The notes: generated by a model not told the origin, from the sequence alone. A DNA stretch of 45,793 nucleotides from a virus (IMGVR_UViG_3300032287_000839:1-45793), one strand, 5' to 3'; shown: positions 7,879-18,707, counted from the stretch's first letter. Numbers and translations: made by a program.

Positions 7879-9831
7879 ATGAATGTACTCATCTATGATA
7901 TAGAAACAATGCAGGAGCTGTTTCTAGTTTGCATATATAATCCTAAGACGAACGTAATGCATGAGTTCCAGGTGAGTAAGAACACTAATCAATTGGATGC
8001 ATTTGTTAGATTCACTGAACAGTATGATGAATACTATTGGGTGGGCTATAACAATCTACGCTTTGATAGTCAGGTGGTTGAATGGATCATTAGAACTCAT
8101 CAGGAATGGCATGAAATAGGTGCTCTTGAAGTTACCGCTATGATAGCTCAGAAGGCTGCAGATGTAATACATGATGCTAATTATGATGTATTTGCTGAAT
8201 ATAGAGAGGATTGGTTGCATAACAAACAAATAGACTTATTCAAGGTGAATCACTATGATAATAAGAATCGTAGAGTGAGCCTGAAGAGATTAGAGTTTGA
8301 GATGGATCTCCAGAATATAGAGGAGATGCCTATTCATCACACTAAAACTGATATGACAGATAATGAAATAGCATTAACTATTGATTACTGTCATAATGAT
8401 GTATTGGCTACCTATGAGTTCTACAAGATAACTACAGGTGATACAGAACATCCACTATATAAAGGTAATAATCAAATAGAGCTCAGACAAGATATATTTG
8501 ATGAGTTTGGCATTCCGTGCTTAAACTATTCTGATAGTAAGATTGGTGATGAGATGATCAAAAAGTATTATTGCCAAGAGAAACGTATAAACTATGCTGA
8601 TCTACCTAAGAAAGGATATTTCCGTAAGGAAGTTAAAGCAAAGAATTGTATTGCTGACTATGTAGTATTCCAGACACCAGAGCTGCAAAAATTCTTAAAA
8701 CATATAAAGAAGCAGATATTCACAATGACTGATGATTTTAAAGAGTCATTAGAGTTTAAGGGTAATGTGTATACATTTGCCAAGGGTGGATTACACACAG
8801 AAAATAAACCTAAAATATTTGAAGCTGATGATGACACTCTTATTGTGGATTGGGATGTATCTTCTTATTATCCTGCCATTATTATCAACAATGGTCGCTA
8901 TCCTGCTCATCTTGGTCCTGAATTTCTCAGAGGTTATAAACAGATGTTTGAAAAGAGACTCGAACTTAAACCTTTGGCTAAGAAAGATAAGAAAATCAAA
9001 GGTATTGTGGGTGCTCTTAAGCTTGCTGTTAACTCTGTGTATGGTAAGTCTAGTGATATGCAAAACTGGATATATGATAGACAACTAACTATGTTCACCA
9101 CTATTACAGGTGAATTGAGTCTATTGATGTTGATAGAAGCATATGAACTTAATGACATAAACATCATATCAGCTAATACAGATGGTGTTACTATTATGGT
9201 GACAAAGGATAAAATAGATAAAATGCATGAGATAAACAAATGGTGGATGGAGCTTACAAGCTATGAGCTTGAGCGTACAGACTACCAGAAGATTATCTTT
9301 AGCACAGTTAATGACTATATAGCAATTAAAACAGATGGAGAAATTAAAAAGAAAGGTGACTTTCTCACGGATTTTGAGTTACACAAAAATAAGAGTGCTC
9401 GTATTGTTCCTATTGCACTGGAGCATTGGTTTGTTAATGATGTGCCTGTGGCTGATACCATTCATAATCACACAAATATATATGACTTTTGTCTCAGGCA
9501 GAAAGCAAGTAAAGACTTTCATTATGAAGGACACAGCAAGGATAGTAAAACCATCTACAATAAACTTATCAGATATTATGTAAGTAACACTGGTGAGAAA
9601 CTACTGAAGGTTAAGAATCCTGAATGTCAGTCTAATGCTGCAGATGTTAGTCAGGTGGAAGCAGGTGATTGGGTGATGCATGTATGTAATCATCTAAAGA
9701 AAGATCACCCTCTTGACAACATTAATCACGCATATTATATAGAGCGTGCTGAGCGTATTGTACATAAAATACAGCTTGAAGGGAAGAAAAGAAAAATTAT
9801 TGTTAACCCTAATCAAATGACATTATTCTAA
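7879..9831 (+). CDS. polB: Family B DNA polymerase with 3'-5' exonuclease
   Basis: ExoI YDIET; motif A WDVSSYYP; motif B KLAVNSVYGK; motif C SANTDG. Confidence 0.93.
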   Translation: MNVLIYDIETMQELFLVCIYNPKTNVMHEFQVSKNTNQLDAFVRFTEQYDEYYWVGYNNLRFDSQVVEWIIRTHQEWHEIGALEVTAMIAQKAADVIHDANYDVFAEYREDWLHNKQIDLFKVNHYDNKNRRVSLKRLEFEMDLQNIEEMPIHHTKTDMTDNEIALTIDYCHNDVLATYEFYKITTGDTEHPLYKGNNQIELRQDIFDEFGIPCLNYSDSKIGDEMIKKYYCQEKRINYADLPKKGYFRKEVKAKNCIADYVVFQTPELQKFLKHIKKQIFTMTDDFKESLEFKGNVYTFAKGGLHTENKPKIFEADDDTLIVDWDVSSYYPAIIINNGRYPAHLGPEFLRGYKQMFEKRLELKPLAKKDKKIKGIVGALKLAVNSVYGKSSDMQNWIYDRQLTMFTTITGELSLLMLIEAYELNDINIISANTDGVTIMVTKDKIDKMHEINKWWMELTSYELERTDYQKIIFSTVNDYIAIKTDGEIKKKGDFLTDFELHKNKSARIVPIALEHWFVNDVPVADTIHNHTNIYDFCLRQKASKDFHYEGHSKDSKTIYNKLIRYYVSNTGEKLLKVKNPECQSNAADVSQVEAGDWVMHVCNHLKKDHPLDNINHAYYIERAERIVHKIQLEGKKRKIIVNPNQMTLF

Positions 9832-10007
9832 TGGGAAAGTCACATTTTAAAATAGCAGCTGATTTTGTAATAGATCATTGCATAGATAGAGCATTAAGAA
9901 ATCCTAAAGACTCAGATTATTATTGGGCTTATGTAAACTTTTTTACTGAGATTAATGGTAAATTTGATCAGGATAAGTTTGATGAATATATATTAAAAAG
10001 AATCTAA
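9831..10007 (+). CDS. 58 aa hypothetical protein (MGKSHFKIAADFV...)
   Basis: Hand-translated; TAATG overlap with the polymerase stop. Confidence 0.6.
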   Translation: MGKSHFKIAADFVIDHCIDRALRNPKDSDYYWAYVNFFTEINGKFDQDKFDEYILKRI

Positions 10008-10008
10008 C

Positions 10009-10269
10009 ATGTTAATACAAGCACAATCACTCGAAGGTAGAAGATTCTATGTCCATGCATGGGATATGAGTATGACTAGTAGAAGATCATATGAACCAAA
10101 ACTAATGCAGGTTGTAGAAGATAAAGGTGACACATGCGTTATTGCTGAAATTAAAGATGATAAACCCTCTGTACATTTCAGAAAAGAATGGACTAGAGAG
10201 GTAACAGAAAAAAATATAAAAGGTTACCCAGCATATAAACATATTAACGGATATCAATTAACATTATAA
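10009..10269 (+). CDS. Hypothetical protein
   Basis: 86 aa ORF. Confidence 0.7.
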   Translation: MLIQAQSLEGRRFYVHAWDMSMTSRRSYEPKLMQVVEDKGDTCVIAEIKDDKPSVHFRKEWTREVTEKNIKGYPAYKHINGYQLTL

Positions 10270-10523
10270 TGGGAAAGATCAATAGAGAAAATATAGCTGA
10301 TCACTTGGTAGATTACCAATTAGGAATGATTGGTAAATCTACACAAGAAGCCCACATGACAAAGGAGTGGTACAACAAATGGACCATGACACAAGAACAA
10401 CACGATCAGTTCAAAGCTTATGCATTACCTCTGTTAAAGAAGGTATTTAAATGCAACAAATCAAGAGCTGAGAGCACATTTGATTGGTTCGATCTTGAGT
10501 TTGGTCTTCGTATTAAAAATTAA
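10269..10523 (+). CDS. Hypothetical protein
   Basis: 84 aa; TAATG coupling. Confidence 0.75.
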   Translation: MGKINRENIADHLVDYQLGMIGKSTQEAHMTKEWYNKWTMTQEQHDQFKAYALPLLKKVFKCNKSRAESTFDWFDLEFGLRIKN

Positions 10524-10534
10524 AACACACAATT

Positions 10535-11095
10535 ATGGGAGCATGTCAATTTGAAGTAAGAAGTACTGGTAAAACAGCACAGGAAGCATATAACAGAGCT
10601 TGTGAAGTAGCTGAAGATGAGTATGGTCATCAAGATGGCTATAATGGTACAATTAGTACTACTCATGGATTTAGAGATGAAACAGAATTATATAATAGAA
10701 GCAAGTTTAAAAATGTTGATGCATATATATCTGATAGATTCAATAGTCATAATATGAACAAACGTGATTGTTCAGCTATATGTGTTATACCACCTAAAGC
10801 TAACACTAACAAAACTAAGTCTCAAGTAGAGCACATAGTTACACCAGGTACAAAGAAATGGATACTTAAATACTTTGTATATTCTGGTCGTGATAGTTAT
10901 ATTGGTTCTTATCTAACTAAAGGAGAAGCTGTTACAAAAGCTAGAGCACATACAGAAAAGACAACAGACTCTACATATATAACAATGGAGAAGGTATTAG
11001 ATAAAGCTAACAAAACTGTAGCTAAGATTACATATAAGAAATCTACAACAGAAAGAGATGGTGAGTGGATATTCTTTGGTTATGCTGCAGAATAA
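10535..11095 (+). CDS. Hypothetical phage protein
   Basis: 186 aa; YGHQDGYNGTIST...WIFFGYAAE. Confidence 0.8.
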   Translation: MGACQFEVRSTGKTAQEAYNRACEVAEDEYGHQDGYNGTISTTHGFRDETELYNRSKFKNVDAYISDRFNSHNMNKRDCSAICVIPPKANTNKTKSQVEHIVTPGTKKWILKYFVYSGRDSYIGSYLTKGEAVTKARAHTEKTTDSTYITMEKVLDKANKTVAKITYKKSTTERDGEWIFFGYAAE

Positions 11096-11106
11096 AAAAT
11101 AAAACT

Positions 11107-11286
11107 ATGAAAGAATTTATTCTTGGATACGAAAGTTCAGATTCTATTAATTTAACCTTATATCCTGATAAAAAAACAGCATCATACGAGAGCGAAGAAT
11201 GGTGTGAAGTTAAAGCTGAAACAGTTGAAGAAGCTATGTCAATGTACGAAACAACATTTTTAAAAATTAAATCAGAAACAAAATGA
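11107..11286 (+). CDS. Hypothetical acidic protein
   Basis: Likely start MKEFILGY at 11107. Confidence 0.6.
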   Translation: MKEFILGYESSDSINLTLYPDKKTASYESEEWCEVKAETVEEAMSMYETTFLKIKSETK

Positions 11287-11603
11287 GTGAAAAATTACAA
11301 GTGTTGTACTTTAGTGCACCATGGTGTGGTCCATGTAAAGCCTTTGGACCAGCGTTTAATGAAGTGGTAGCTGAGTTTGATGATATCGATGTACAAAAGA
11401 TAAACATTGATGAAGACTCTCAGTCTGCTGTTAAACATGAAGTGACTAGTATCCCTACACTTATATTTAAAAGAGGGGATAATGTCGTTTTTAAAACTAA
11501 AGGTTTAATAAGTAAAAATCATTTAAAAGACCTGATTAAATTATACAATGGCACTAAGACCAATGAGCACCAGGGACATATCCCTGAACAAACTACCGAG
11601 TAA
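11283..11603 (+). CDS. trxA: Thioredoxin
   Basis: FSAPWCGPCK active site; cis-Pro motif SIPTL. Confidence 0.95.
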   Translation: MSEKLQVLYFSAPWCGPCKAFGPAFNEVVAEFDDIDVQKINIDEDSQSAVKHEVTSIPTLIFKRGDNVVFKTKGLISKNHLKDLIKLYNGTKTNEHQGHIPEQTTE

Positions 11604-11820
11604 AAATATACTGAATTCAACATTAGTTACACAAGTGGAGATTATAGAAAATGGTGTCCTTAAATATTATAATTGGGATGCTAGATCTAAAGTTGTTGTA
11701 ATGATTGAAGACACAGGTAGAGTTTTAAGAATTTACGTTAATCACAATAAAAATCAAGAAGATGCCAGACATATCGATGTGCAAGGGGGGGAGTTGCTTA
11801 TTAAGGCTGAATTGCCATAG
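11548..11820 (+). CDS. Hypothetical protein
   Basis: 90 aa; start uncertain because it overlaps trxA. Confidence 0.55.
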   Translation: MALRPMSTRDISLNKLPSKNILNSTLVTQVEIIENGVLKYYNWDARSKVVVMIEDTGRVLRIYVNHNKNQEDARHIDVQGGELLIKAELP

Positions 11821-12013
11821 ATACACAGCCACTCCTGAAGAACTAGACCAATCATATTTTTCAGAGCCACCATATAAATTAGATTTCATGTTTGATGATA
11901 ATCATGATGGATTTGGTATTGCAACAGTAGGTTGTGCTTATTTTTGGAATAACAAAAAATATGAGAATGAAAGACCTGGAAATAATAGAGGATTGGGAGA
12001 GGGAATTTCTTAA
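11762..12013 (+). CDS. Cys-rich phage protein
   Basis: MPDISMCKGGSCLLRLNCHRY...CAYFW. Confidence 0.7.
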   Translation: MPDISMCKGGSCLLRLNCHRYTATPEELDQSYFSEPPYKLDFMFDDNHDGFGIATVGCAYFWNNKKYENERPGNNRGLGEGIS

Positions 12014-12167
12014 AGATTTTGTATATTTGCATGAAGAAGGACAGGATCTTAGTGATAAGATAAATCAAGAACTAAACAGACAGCCTGCTCAGATTATTGT
12101 GATAGACAGAGATAATATATTAGACAAAAAGACACATGAAACTAGACATTACAGTTTACCATTTTGA
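11961..12167 (+). CDS. Hypothetical protein
   Basis: Likely start MRMKDLE at 11961. Confidence 0.6.
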   Translation: MRMKDLEIIEDWEREFLKDFVYLHEEGQDLSDKINQELNRQPAQIIVIDRDNILDKKTHETRHYSLPF

Positions 12168-12762
12168 GGAGATATTAAAGGCTGGTTACAGCCTAGATAT
12201 AATATATTTCCTAAAATTAGTTGAGGAAGGTACAGATGCTACAGCTCTGTGTGACAATCCAAAGATGAGTGTATTGTGTCAAACATTAAGAAGAAAAGGT
12301 TTACTAACAGAAAACTTTAAACTTACGCTTATTGGTAAATCAGTATTAGGATTTCTAGATGAGGAAGGTACACCAGAAACTAAATTAGTTAAGAAGAAAC
12401 AAGACTCTAACGATTTTGATGAGTGGTGGAAGACTTATCCAGGCACTGATACATTTACCCATAAGGGTAAGGACTTTACAGGAACTAGAAGCATGAGAAT
12501 GAAGAAAGATGACTGTAAAGCTAAGTTTAATGCTATTCTTCAAGAAGGAGAATACACAGTTGATGAATTGATCGCAGCACTAAAATACGAAGTGCTTCAG
12601 AAGAAAGAGAATTCATATGCTAGCAAGACTAACAAGCTTAGTTATATGCAGAACTCTCTAACTTATTTGAATCAGAGAACATTTGAACCATTCATTGAAT
12701 TGATTAGAGAAGGTAAAACAATTGAGGAAAAACCAATTATTAAAGGAGGAACAGACATATGA
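12136..12762 (+). CDS. Replication-associated protein (possible initiator or helicase loader)
   Basis: FDEWWKTYP motif resembles phage replication initiators; directly upstream of the helicase. Confidence 0.5.
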   Translation: MKLDITVYHFEEILKAGYSLDIIYFLKLVEEGTDATALCDNPKMSVLCQTLRRKGLLTENFKLTLIGKSVLGFLDEEGTPETKLVKKKQDSNDFDEWWKTYPGTDTFTHKGKDFTGTRSMRMKKDDCKAKFNAILQEGEYTVDELIAALKYEVLQKKENSYASKTNKLSYMQNSLTYLNQRTFEPFIELIREGKTIEEKPIIKGGTDI

Positions 12763-13820
12763 GTTTTGAACATTTAAAAAGAGAAGTACAAGCAGGATTA
12801 GATGGTAGAAATAATGGTATCCCTATGGGCTTTGATAGGCTTAATAGATATATAGGTATCAGGAAGTCTATGTATACACTAATAGGTGGTCTTACTGGTT
12901 CTGGTAAAACTTCCTTTGTAGATGATGCATATGTCTTGAATCCATTTGATTGGTATATTGGTCAGAAAAACCCAAAGATTAAGCTTCGTATCATATATAG
13001 ATCAATGGAGCGTAGCAAAACATATAAGCTTGCTAAATGGGTGAGTAGAAAGATATTCCTAGACCAAGGAATAATAGTTCCTGTTCCTAAGTTATTAGGC
13101 TGGACTGATAAAATGACTAAAGATGAGCACGATTTGTTCTTAATGTATGAAGATTACATGGGACAGATGAATGATGTCATTAGCATTATTGATGGTCCAG
13201 AGAATGCTGTAGGTATTGCAAAAGAGCTTAAAGCACATGCTCTTGAGAATGGTAGCATAGAACAATTGGATCAGTATAACAAGGTTTATGTTCCCACCAA
13301 TGAAAATGAATTAACTATTGTTGTTATAGATCACATTGGTCTATTGAAGACTACACAAGCTCAGCCTACAAAGAAACAGGCAATTGATAAAATGTCTGAT
13401 GAATTGAGATATGCAAGAGACTTTTATGGATACACACCAGTAGTGGTAAGTCAGTTTAATCGTGACATATCTAATCCTATTAGGATTAAGAATGGTGATG
13501 TAGAACCACAACTAGAGGATTTTGCAGACAGCTCATCAACACAAAATGATGCTGATGTGGTACTAGCCTTATTTGATCCTATGAGATATAAGGTGGAAGA
13601 CCCATCAGGATATGATTTAAACAAACTCAGAGATGAATATGGTGCTAAGTATTTCAGATCTCTGAGACTTATAAAGAATAGCTACGGAGAGGATGATATC
13701 AGAATAGGTCTAGGTTTCTTAGGCCAGATTGGTATGTTCAAAGAATTACCAAAGAGAAAAGATATAACTGATGCAGACTATGATTCCGTATTAAACAAAA
13801 CATTTTTCTTAAATAAATAA
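12759..13820 (+). CDS. dnaB: DnaB-like replicative helicase
   Basis: Walker A GLTGSGKT; VVIDHIGLL; SQFNR; P.L.D...S...ADVVL. Confidence 0.9.
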   Translation: MSFEHLKREVQAGLDGRNNGIPMGFDRLNRYIGIRKSMYTLIGGLTGSGKTSFVDDAYVLNPFDWYIGQKNPKIKLRIIYRSMERSKTYKLAKWVSRKIFLDQGIIVPVPKLLGWTDKMTKDEHDLFLMYEDYMGQMNDVISIIDGPENAVGIAKELKAHALENGSIEQLDQYNKVYVPTNENELTIVVIDHIGLLKTTQAQPTKKQAIDKMSDELRYARDFYGYTPVVVSQFNRDISNPIRIKNGDVEPQLEDFADSSSTQNDADVVLALFDPMRYKVEDPSGYDLNKLRDEYGAKYFRSLRLIKNSYGEDDIRIGLGFLGQIGMFKELPKRKDITDADYDSVLNKTFFLNK

Positions 13821-13821
13821 C

Positions 13822-14028
13822 ATGAGAATAACAAACAAGGTGTATAACACCTTACCAAATAAAAAAGCAAAGTGGTGGCAGGTAGTTCTGATACCAACAA
13901 TTGCTATCATGAATAATGTTGAAAAGCATGATCCGTATATAGCCATCAATTTTGAATGGTTATTTTGGTCACATACAATTATTATACAAAATGACCCAAA
14001 AGAACAACACCCTTACGCTACGAGATAA
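13822..14028 (+). CDS. Hypothetical protein
   Basis: 68 aa ORF between the two helicases. Confidence 0.6.
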   Translation: MRITNKVYNTLPNKKAKWWQVVLIPTIAIMNNVEKHDPYIAINFEWLFWSHTIIIQNDPKEQHPYATR

Positions 14029-15085
14029 GAGGCAGCAAGAGTTTGCTGATATATTTTTAGAGCATGGAGAGTTTGGTATTCTAAACTTATGTCCAAGGTT
14101 TGGTAAGATATATACAACTATTAACATCCTGGAGAAAATGGATGATGATATTAGTATTCTTATAGCCTATCCTGATTTAAAGATTAAAGCAGCATGGGAA
14201 GCAGATTTTGAGACAAGAGGATATAATAATCCAAACATCACTTACACCACTCATTTGTCTATCAAGAAGCATACAGAGGCTCAATATGACCTAGTTGTGC
14301 TTGATGAGATACATTTGCTCTCTGAAGCACAAATAGAGGCTGTAAAGGAGCTAAAATGCGTTAGTGTACTTGGTTTAACTGGTACATTATCTAGTGATAC
14401 AGAAAGAACTCTCAATGAAGAGTTAAAACTATGTGTATTGGCTGAATATACCATCGATCAGGCTATTCAGGAAGGAGTTATTGTTGATTACCAAATCACT
14501 GTAGTTCATGTACCATTAGATAGAGTTAAAAAGAACAACTATAAAGGTAAATGGAAAACAGAGAAAACTCAATTTGATGCCTATGGTTGGGTGATTAATA
14601 AAATGATGGCTACAGGTAAAGACACTATGTTCTTACGTCTGGCCAGAATGAGAATCATCCAGAATAGTTTAGCTAAGTTAAATAAGACAAAGGATCTACT
14701 AAAGAAACACGCTGATGAGCGTATTCTTGTATTCTGTGGTATTACCAAAATAGCAGACAAACTAGGAATTCCTTCGTACCACAGTAAATCTGATGATAGA
14801 GAAGTTTTTCGAGAGTTTGCTGATGGTAAAGGTAATCACCTAGCTGTTGTAAAGATAGGTAATACTGGTGTAACATATAAACCACTTAACCGTGTGATAA
14901 TCAATTACTTTGATAGCAATGGTGAAAACCTAGCACAAAAGATTAATAGATGCATGGCTATGGAATACAATAATCCAGACAAGAAAGCACAAATATATAT
15001 AGTGTGCTCCACAGAAGAAGTGGAAATAAAGTGGCTTAAGAAAGCACTAGAATTTTTTGATCAAGATAAAATTAAATACAGATGA
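13991..15085 (+). CDS. Superfamily 2 (DExH) helicase
   Basis: LCPRFGKI (motif I), LDEIH (II), LTGT (III), NTGV...QKINR (V/VI); likely start 13991. Confidence 0.85.
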   Translation: MTQKNNTLTLRDKRQQEFADIFLEHGEFGILNLCPRFGKIYTTINILEKMDDDISILIAYPDLKIKAAWEADFETRGYNNPNITYTTHLSIKKHTEAQYDLVVLDEIHLLSEAQIEAVKELKCVSVLGLTGTLSSDTERTLNEELKLCVLAEYTIDQAIQEGVIVDYQITVVHVPLDRVKKNNYKGKWKTEKTQFDAYGWVINKMMATGKDTMFLRLARMRIIQNSLAKLNKTKDLLKKHADERILVFCGITKIADKLGIPSYHSKSDDREVFREFADGKGNHLAVVKIGNTGVTYKPLNRVIINYFDSNGENLAQKINRCMAMEYNNPDKKAQIYIVCSTEEVEIKWLKKALEFFDQDKIKYR

Positions 15086-15294
15086 GAGTAGAATTAGTAG
15101 AAGAAATTAAGTATGATGGAGAACCTTGGTATGTTGTTAAAATTGATGGTAGTTACTTTAAGGGTACAGGCAACAAACTCAATGCAGAGAAGCATTACAA
15201 CGATATAATTAATGACCCAAGTATTATAAAAACTAAGGAAAATATTTTGAAATCTCAAGAAATTGATGTACCTTCGGAGGAACAAAACAATTAA
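15082..15294 (+). CDS. Hypothetical protein
   Basis: 70 aa; overlap-coupled. Confidence 0.7.
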   Translation: MRVELVEEIKYDGEPWYVVKIDGSYFKGTGNKLNAEKHYNDIINDPSIIKTKENILKSQEIDVPSEEQNN

Positions 15295-15297
15295 ACT

Positions 15298-15969
15298 ATG
15301 GCAAGTAAGCTTATTGGGATTGTAGGCCCCACTGGTACAGGAAAGTCCACATCAATCAAACATTTAGATCCTAAAGAAACGTACATTATCAATGTTGCTA
15401 AGAAGGAATTACCTTTTAAAGGAGCAGAGAAATTGTACAATGCGGAAGCAAAGAATTATAAGGAAGTAGATGATGCGATTGAAATCACAAGATTGTTAAA
15501 AAACATATCTGAGAAAGCACCACATGTTAAAAACATTATCATTGAAGACTCTAATTACATTATGGGATTCAATATGATAGCTAAAGCTACAGAAGTTGGT
15601 TATACCAAGTTCACATTAATGGCTAGAGATATGGTGGAATTATTCAGAGAAGCAAGAAGATTACGTGATGACTTAAAGGTGTTCTATTTCACACATCCTG
15701 AAACTATTGAAGATGGTGGTGAGATTATAGGATACAAGATTAAGACAGCAGGTAAGTTAATTGACAATCAAATAGTATTAGAAGGTTTATTAACCGTGTG
15801 TTTGTATACACATGTTGAAGACACTAAAGATGGTTCAGCTACATATCATTTCTTAACTAATCGTTTTAGAAAGTATCCAGCTAAGAGTCCAGATGGAATG
15901 TTTGCAGATGTTAAAATTCCAAATAATCTACAATTAGTTGTAGATACAATAGATGAGTATTATAAATAA
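15298..15969 (+). CDS. AAA ATPase (AAA_24/Sak4-like recombination protein)
   Basis: GPTGTGKST; IIIED; precedes the SSB-like gene. Confidence 0.8.
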   Translation: MASKLIGIVGPTGTGKSTSIKHLDPKETYIINVAKKELPFKGAEKLYNAEAKNYKEVDDAIEITRLLKNISEKAPHVKNIIIEDSNYIMGFNMIAKATEVGYTKFTLMARDMVELFREARRLRDDLKVFYFTHPETIEDGGEIIGYKIKTAGKLIDNQIVLEGLLTVCLYTHVEDTKDGSATYHFLTNRFRKYPAKSPDGMFADVKIPNNLQLVVDTIDEYYK

Positions 15970-15994
15970 ATCACAATAATCAAACTTAGAAAAC

Positions 15995-16870
15995 ATGAGT
16001 ACAATCGGTGGAAAGAAAAGAGAACAAAGCAGTGCTTCATCTGCAGACTTTACCAAGAAGGTAGGTCTATTTGAAGCAGAAGTAGTAGCAGTTAATCCTA
16101 ATGCTGAAGAGTATAAGGATATCTTAGGCATGGAGCTTAAGGAAGATAGCAAAGCTACAGAGTATCTAGGCACTAGTCAAAATGGTAACAAAACATTACG
16201 TATTGACTTTTGGTTAGAAGAAGTAAAAAGTAAGGAAAAGTTCAAAGTGACATTCTTCTTAGAAGATCTTGTTAAAGAGAACAAAGACAACACTAAGAAA
16301 CAATATATCAATGCTGTTGGTATGTGTTCTTGGGCTGATGATCCTAACAATTTATATGAGTGGTTCACTAATAGAGAATACCGTCCAGCATTTGTGGGTG
16401 AAGAAGATTTATACAACTTCTTACGTACATGGTTAGGTAATCTTGACTTACGTGATGCTGAATCTACATTAGAAATTGAGTGGAAGAAGCTCATGAACGG
16501 TAATGTTAGAGATATCAAGCAATTGATAGGTGGTGAGTTTGTTACAAATGTTATTGCATTAGCTACAATTAAGTCTGTTATCAAAGATGGTGACACTAAA
16601 GAGTATCAAGCTGTGTACAACAAAGCATTCTTACCTGCATACACTTTAAAGAACTTCAGACTATTAGATTATAGCAACAATAATGTACTAAGTGCATTAC
16701 GTGCTAAGAAATCTAAAGAATTGAAACCTCATGAGCGTTTTGTAATTAATATTACAGGTGAATATGGATGTAAAGATTTCTATACATTCAAAGACTTAAA
16801 AGATTATAATCCAGATGATAATCTGGTAGCATCTGATAAGGTGATTGCTGATGATGATAGTGACTTTTAA
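15995..16870 (+). CDS. Putative single-stranded DNA-binding protein
   Basis: Acidic C-terminus ending DDDSDF; position after the AAA ATPase. Confidence 0.6.
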   Translation: MSTIGGKKREQSSASSADFTKKVGLFEAEVVAVNPNAEEYKDILGMELKEDSKATEYLGTSQNGNKTLRIDFWLEEVKSKEKFKVTFFLEDLVKENKDNTKKQYINAVGMCSWADDPNNLYEWFTNREYRPAFVGEEDLYNFLRTWLGNLDLRDAESTLEIEWKKLMNGNVRDIKQLIGGEFVTNVIALATIKSVIKDGDTKEYQAVYNKAFLPAYTLKNFRLLDYSNNNVLSALRAKKSKELKPHERFVINITGEYGCKDFYTFKDLKDYNPDDNLVASDKVIADDDSDF

Positions 16871-16888
16871 ATTGTCCTCCCTCCATAA

Positions 16889-16923
16889 AAAAAGCCCTCA
16901 TCAGTAAAATGGTGGGGGTTTTT
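16889..16923 (+). terminator. Hairpin with A and T flanks (terminator)
   Basis: AAAAAGCCCTCATCA-GTAAAA-TGGTGGGGGTTTTT. Confidence 0.65.
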
Positions 16924-16934
16924 AATTTTAACAC

Positions 16935-17939
16935 ATGATTAACGGTAAAAGAAAGATTAAGCTAACTCCAGAGGCTATCTTAGACAAGATTAGTGAGTAT
17001 GATATATTTAGATATTATATGCCTGATCATGATTGGAAGCTCAATAAAGTTACTTATTCCCCCTTCAGAACAGAAAACAATCCTTCATTTGTTATTGGTA
17101 ACAAGAGAGGATTCATATCATTTATAGACTTTGCAGACACAAATAAGCGTGGTAACTGTTTTGATTTTGTTAAAACATTGTTTAACCTAGCTACATTTGA
17201 TGATGTATTGAGACTAATTGATAGAGATTTCAATCTTGGTATCACCACTGGTAAGTATACAGATGACTATAAGAAAATAACTTCTTCTTATAAACAGCCT
17301 GAACTTGAAAAGAGATATTCTTTTATTCAAGTGACCACTAAAAAGTTCACAAAAAGTGAACTTGATTATTGGTCCACATATTACCAGGATATACAAGACC
17401 TTAGAGATAACAATGTCTATTCTATTAAAGATGTCTATCTAAACAAGTCTAAGTTTGTCATGCCAGACAATGAACTTAGATTTGGCTATCTATATGAAGG
17501 ACAGTATTGGAAGATATACAGACCATTTGCTGATAAAAAGCAGAAATGGATGCCCAATAATGTTCCTATTACATGTATGGATGGTAAAGATGATGTAGTT
17601 AATTGCAAAACTGCTTTTATCAATAAGAGTAAGAAGGATTATATGGTTATGAAGAAGATATTCCCCTGCTGCTGTGCAGTTCAGAACGAAGGTATTGGTT
17701 GCTTCTCTCATGAGAATGTAGAGTATTTGAAAGCAAACAGCGATACGCAGATACTAAGTTTTGACAGTGATGTTACAGGTGTTACCAATTCTCAGCAGAT
17801 AACTAAGTTATTTGACTTTGGTTATTGTAATGTCCCTAGGAGATATCTTAAAGAGGGAATAAAAGATTGGGCTGATTTAGCTAAAGCCCATGGTTTACAA
17901 GCTATACAAAATCATTTAATAAACAAAAATATTCTGTAA
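16935..17939 (+). CDS. DNA primase (crAss-like)
   Basis: N-terminal YSPFRTENNPSF...FIDFA...GNCFDFV (CHC2-like); TOPRIM-like KSKKD and SFDSDVTG. Confidence 0.8.
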   Translation: MINGKRKIKLTPEAILDKISEYDIFRYYMPDHDWKLNKVTYSPFRTENNPSFVIGNKRGFISFIDFADTNKRGNCFDFVKTLFNLATFDDVLRLIDRDFNLGITTGKYTDDYKKITSSYKQPELEKRYSFIQVTTKKFTKSELDYWSTYYQDIQDLRDNNVYSIKDVYLNKSKFVMPDNELRFGYLYEGQYWKIYRPFADKKQKWMPNNVPITCMDGKDDVVNCKTAFINKSKKDYMVMKKIFPCCCAVQNEGIGCFSHENVEYLKANSDTQILSFDSDVTGVTNSQQITKLFDFGYCNVPRRYLKEGIKDWADLAKAHGLQAIQNHLINKNIL

Positions 17940-18706
17940 TGGAAAATACTTACAGTTCTACAAAAGGTTTGATATTAGGAACAACTCTTCCTGCTCAAAC
18001 AAAAACATATAAGCCTATTGGTCATGGTCAATTAATAGACCTTACATTAGAAGGTATTGAGAAAGCTGGTTTCAAATTAGATAAAGAAACATATTCAGCT
18101 GCTCAGGATGGACAAATTGCTAATGGAAGATATACAATTAGCAATGTTGCAGATAGTGAGATGCAATTACAAATCGGTTGGCAGAATAGCTACAACAAAC
18201 AACTTACAGTTAAGTTTGCTGTTGGTACACGTATCATAGTTTGTCAAAATGGTATGGTATCAGGAGAATATGGTGCATTCAAGAAGAAACATGTTGGTGA
18301 GGTGCAAACCTTAACACCAGCTGCTATTGAAGATTATATCAAAATAGCAGGTGATTCATTCAAGAAGATGCAACAGGAGAGAGAAGCTATGAAGCAAATA
18401 GAAATCACTAGACGTGTGAAAGCTGAATTGATTGGTAGAATGATGATTGAAGAACAATTCATTTGTTCTACACAGTTAAACATCATTAGGAAAGAAATGA
18501 CTAATCCTACACATGATTACGGTGCTCCAGATAGCTTGTGGGAATTATATAACTACACCACATTTGCTATGAAAGAGATACATCCTAGTTTATGGATGCA
18601 AAATCATTCTAAAGCACATAAGTTCTTCAATGAATACAATCAACCAGCAGAGGCTTTAACATTAGAAGAAGCAGGATCAATGTTTAATCAATTATCAATA
18701 TTTTAA
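17939..18706 (+). CDS. DUF932-like phage protein
   Basis: YKPIGH...WQNSYNKQ...GTRIIVCQNGM...KKHVG...SLWELYN. Confidence 0.75.
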   Translation: MENTYSSTKGLILGTTLPAQTKTYKPIGHGQLIDLTLEGIEKAGFKLDKETYSAAQDGQIANGRYTISNVADSEMQLQIGWQNSYNKQLTVKFAVGTRIIVCQNGMVSGEYGAFKKKHVGEVQTLTPAAIEDYIKIAGDSFKKMQQEREAMKQIEITRRVKAELIGRMMIEEQFICSTQLNIIRKEMTNPTHDYGAPDSLWELYNYTTFAMKEIHPSLWMQNHSKAHKFFNEYNQPAEALTLEEAGSMFNQLSIF

Positions 18707-18707
18707 T

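Noticed and set aside
7879-9831. Intron or intein in PolB, nrdJ or helicases
   Set aside because: The ORFs are continuous and of normal length, with no intein terminal motifs noticed.
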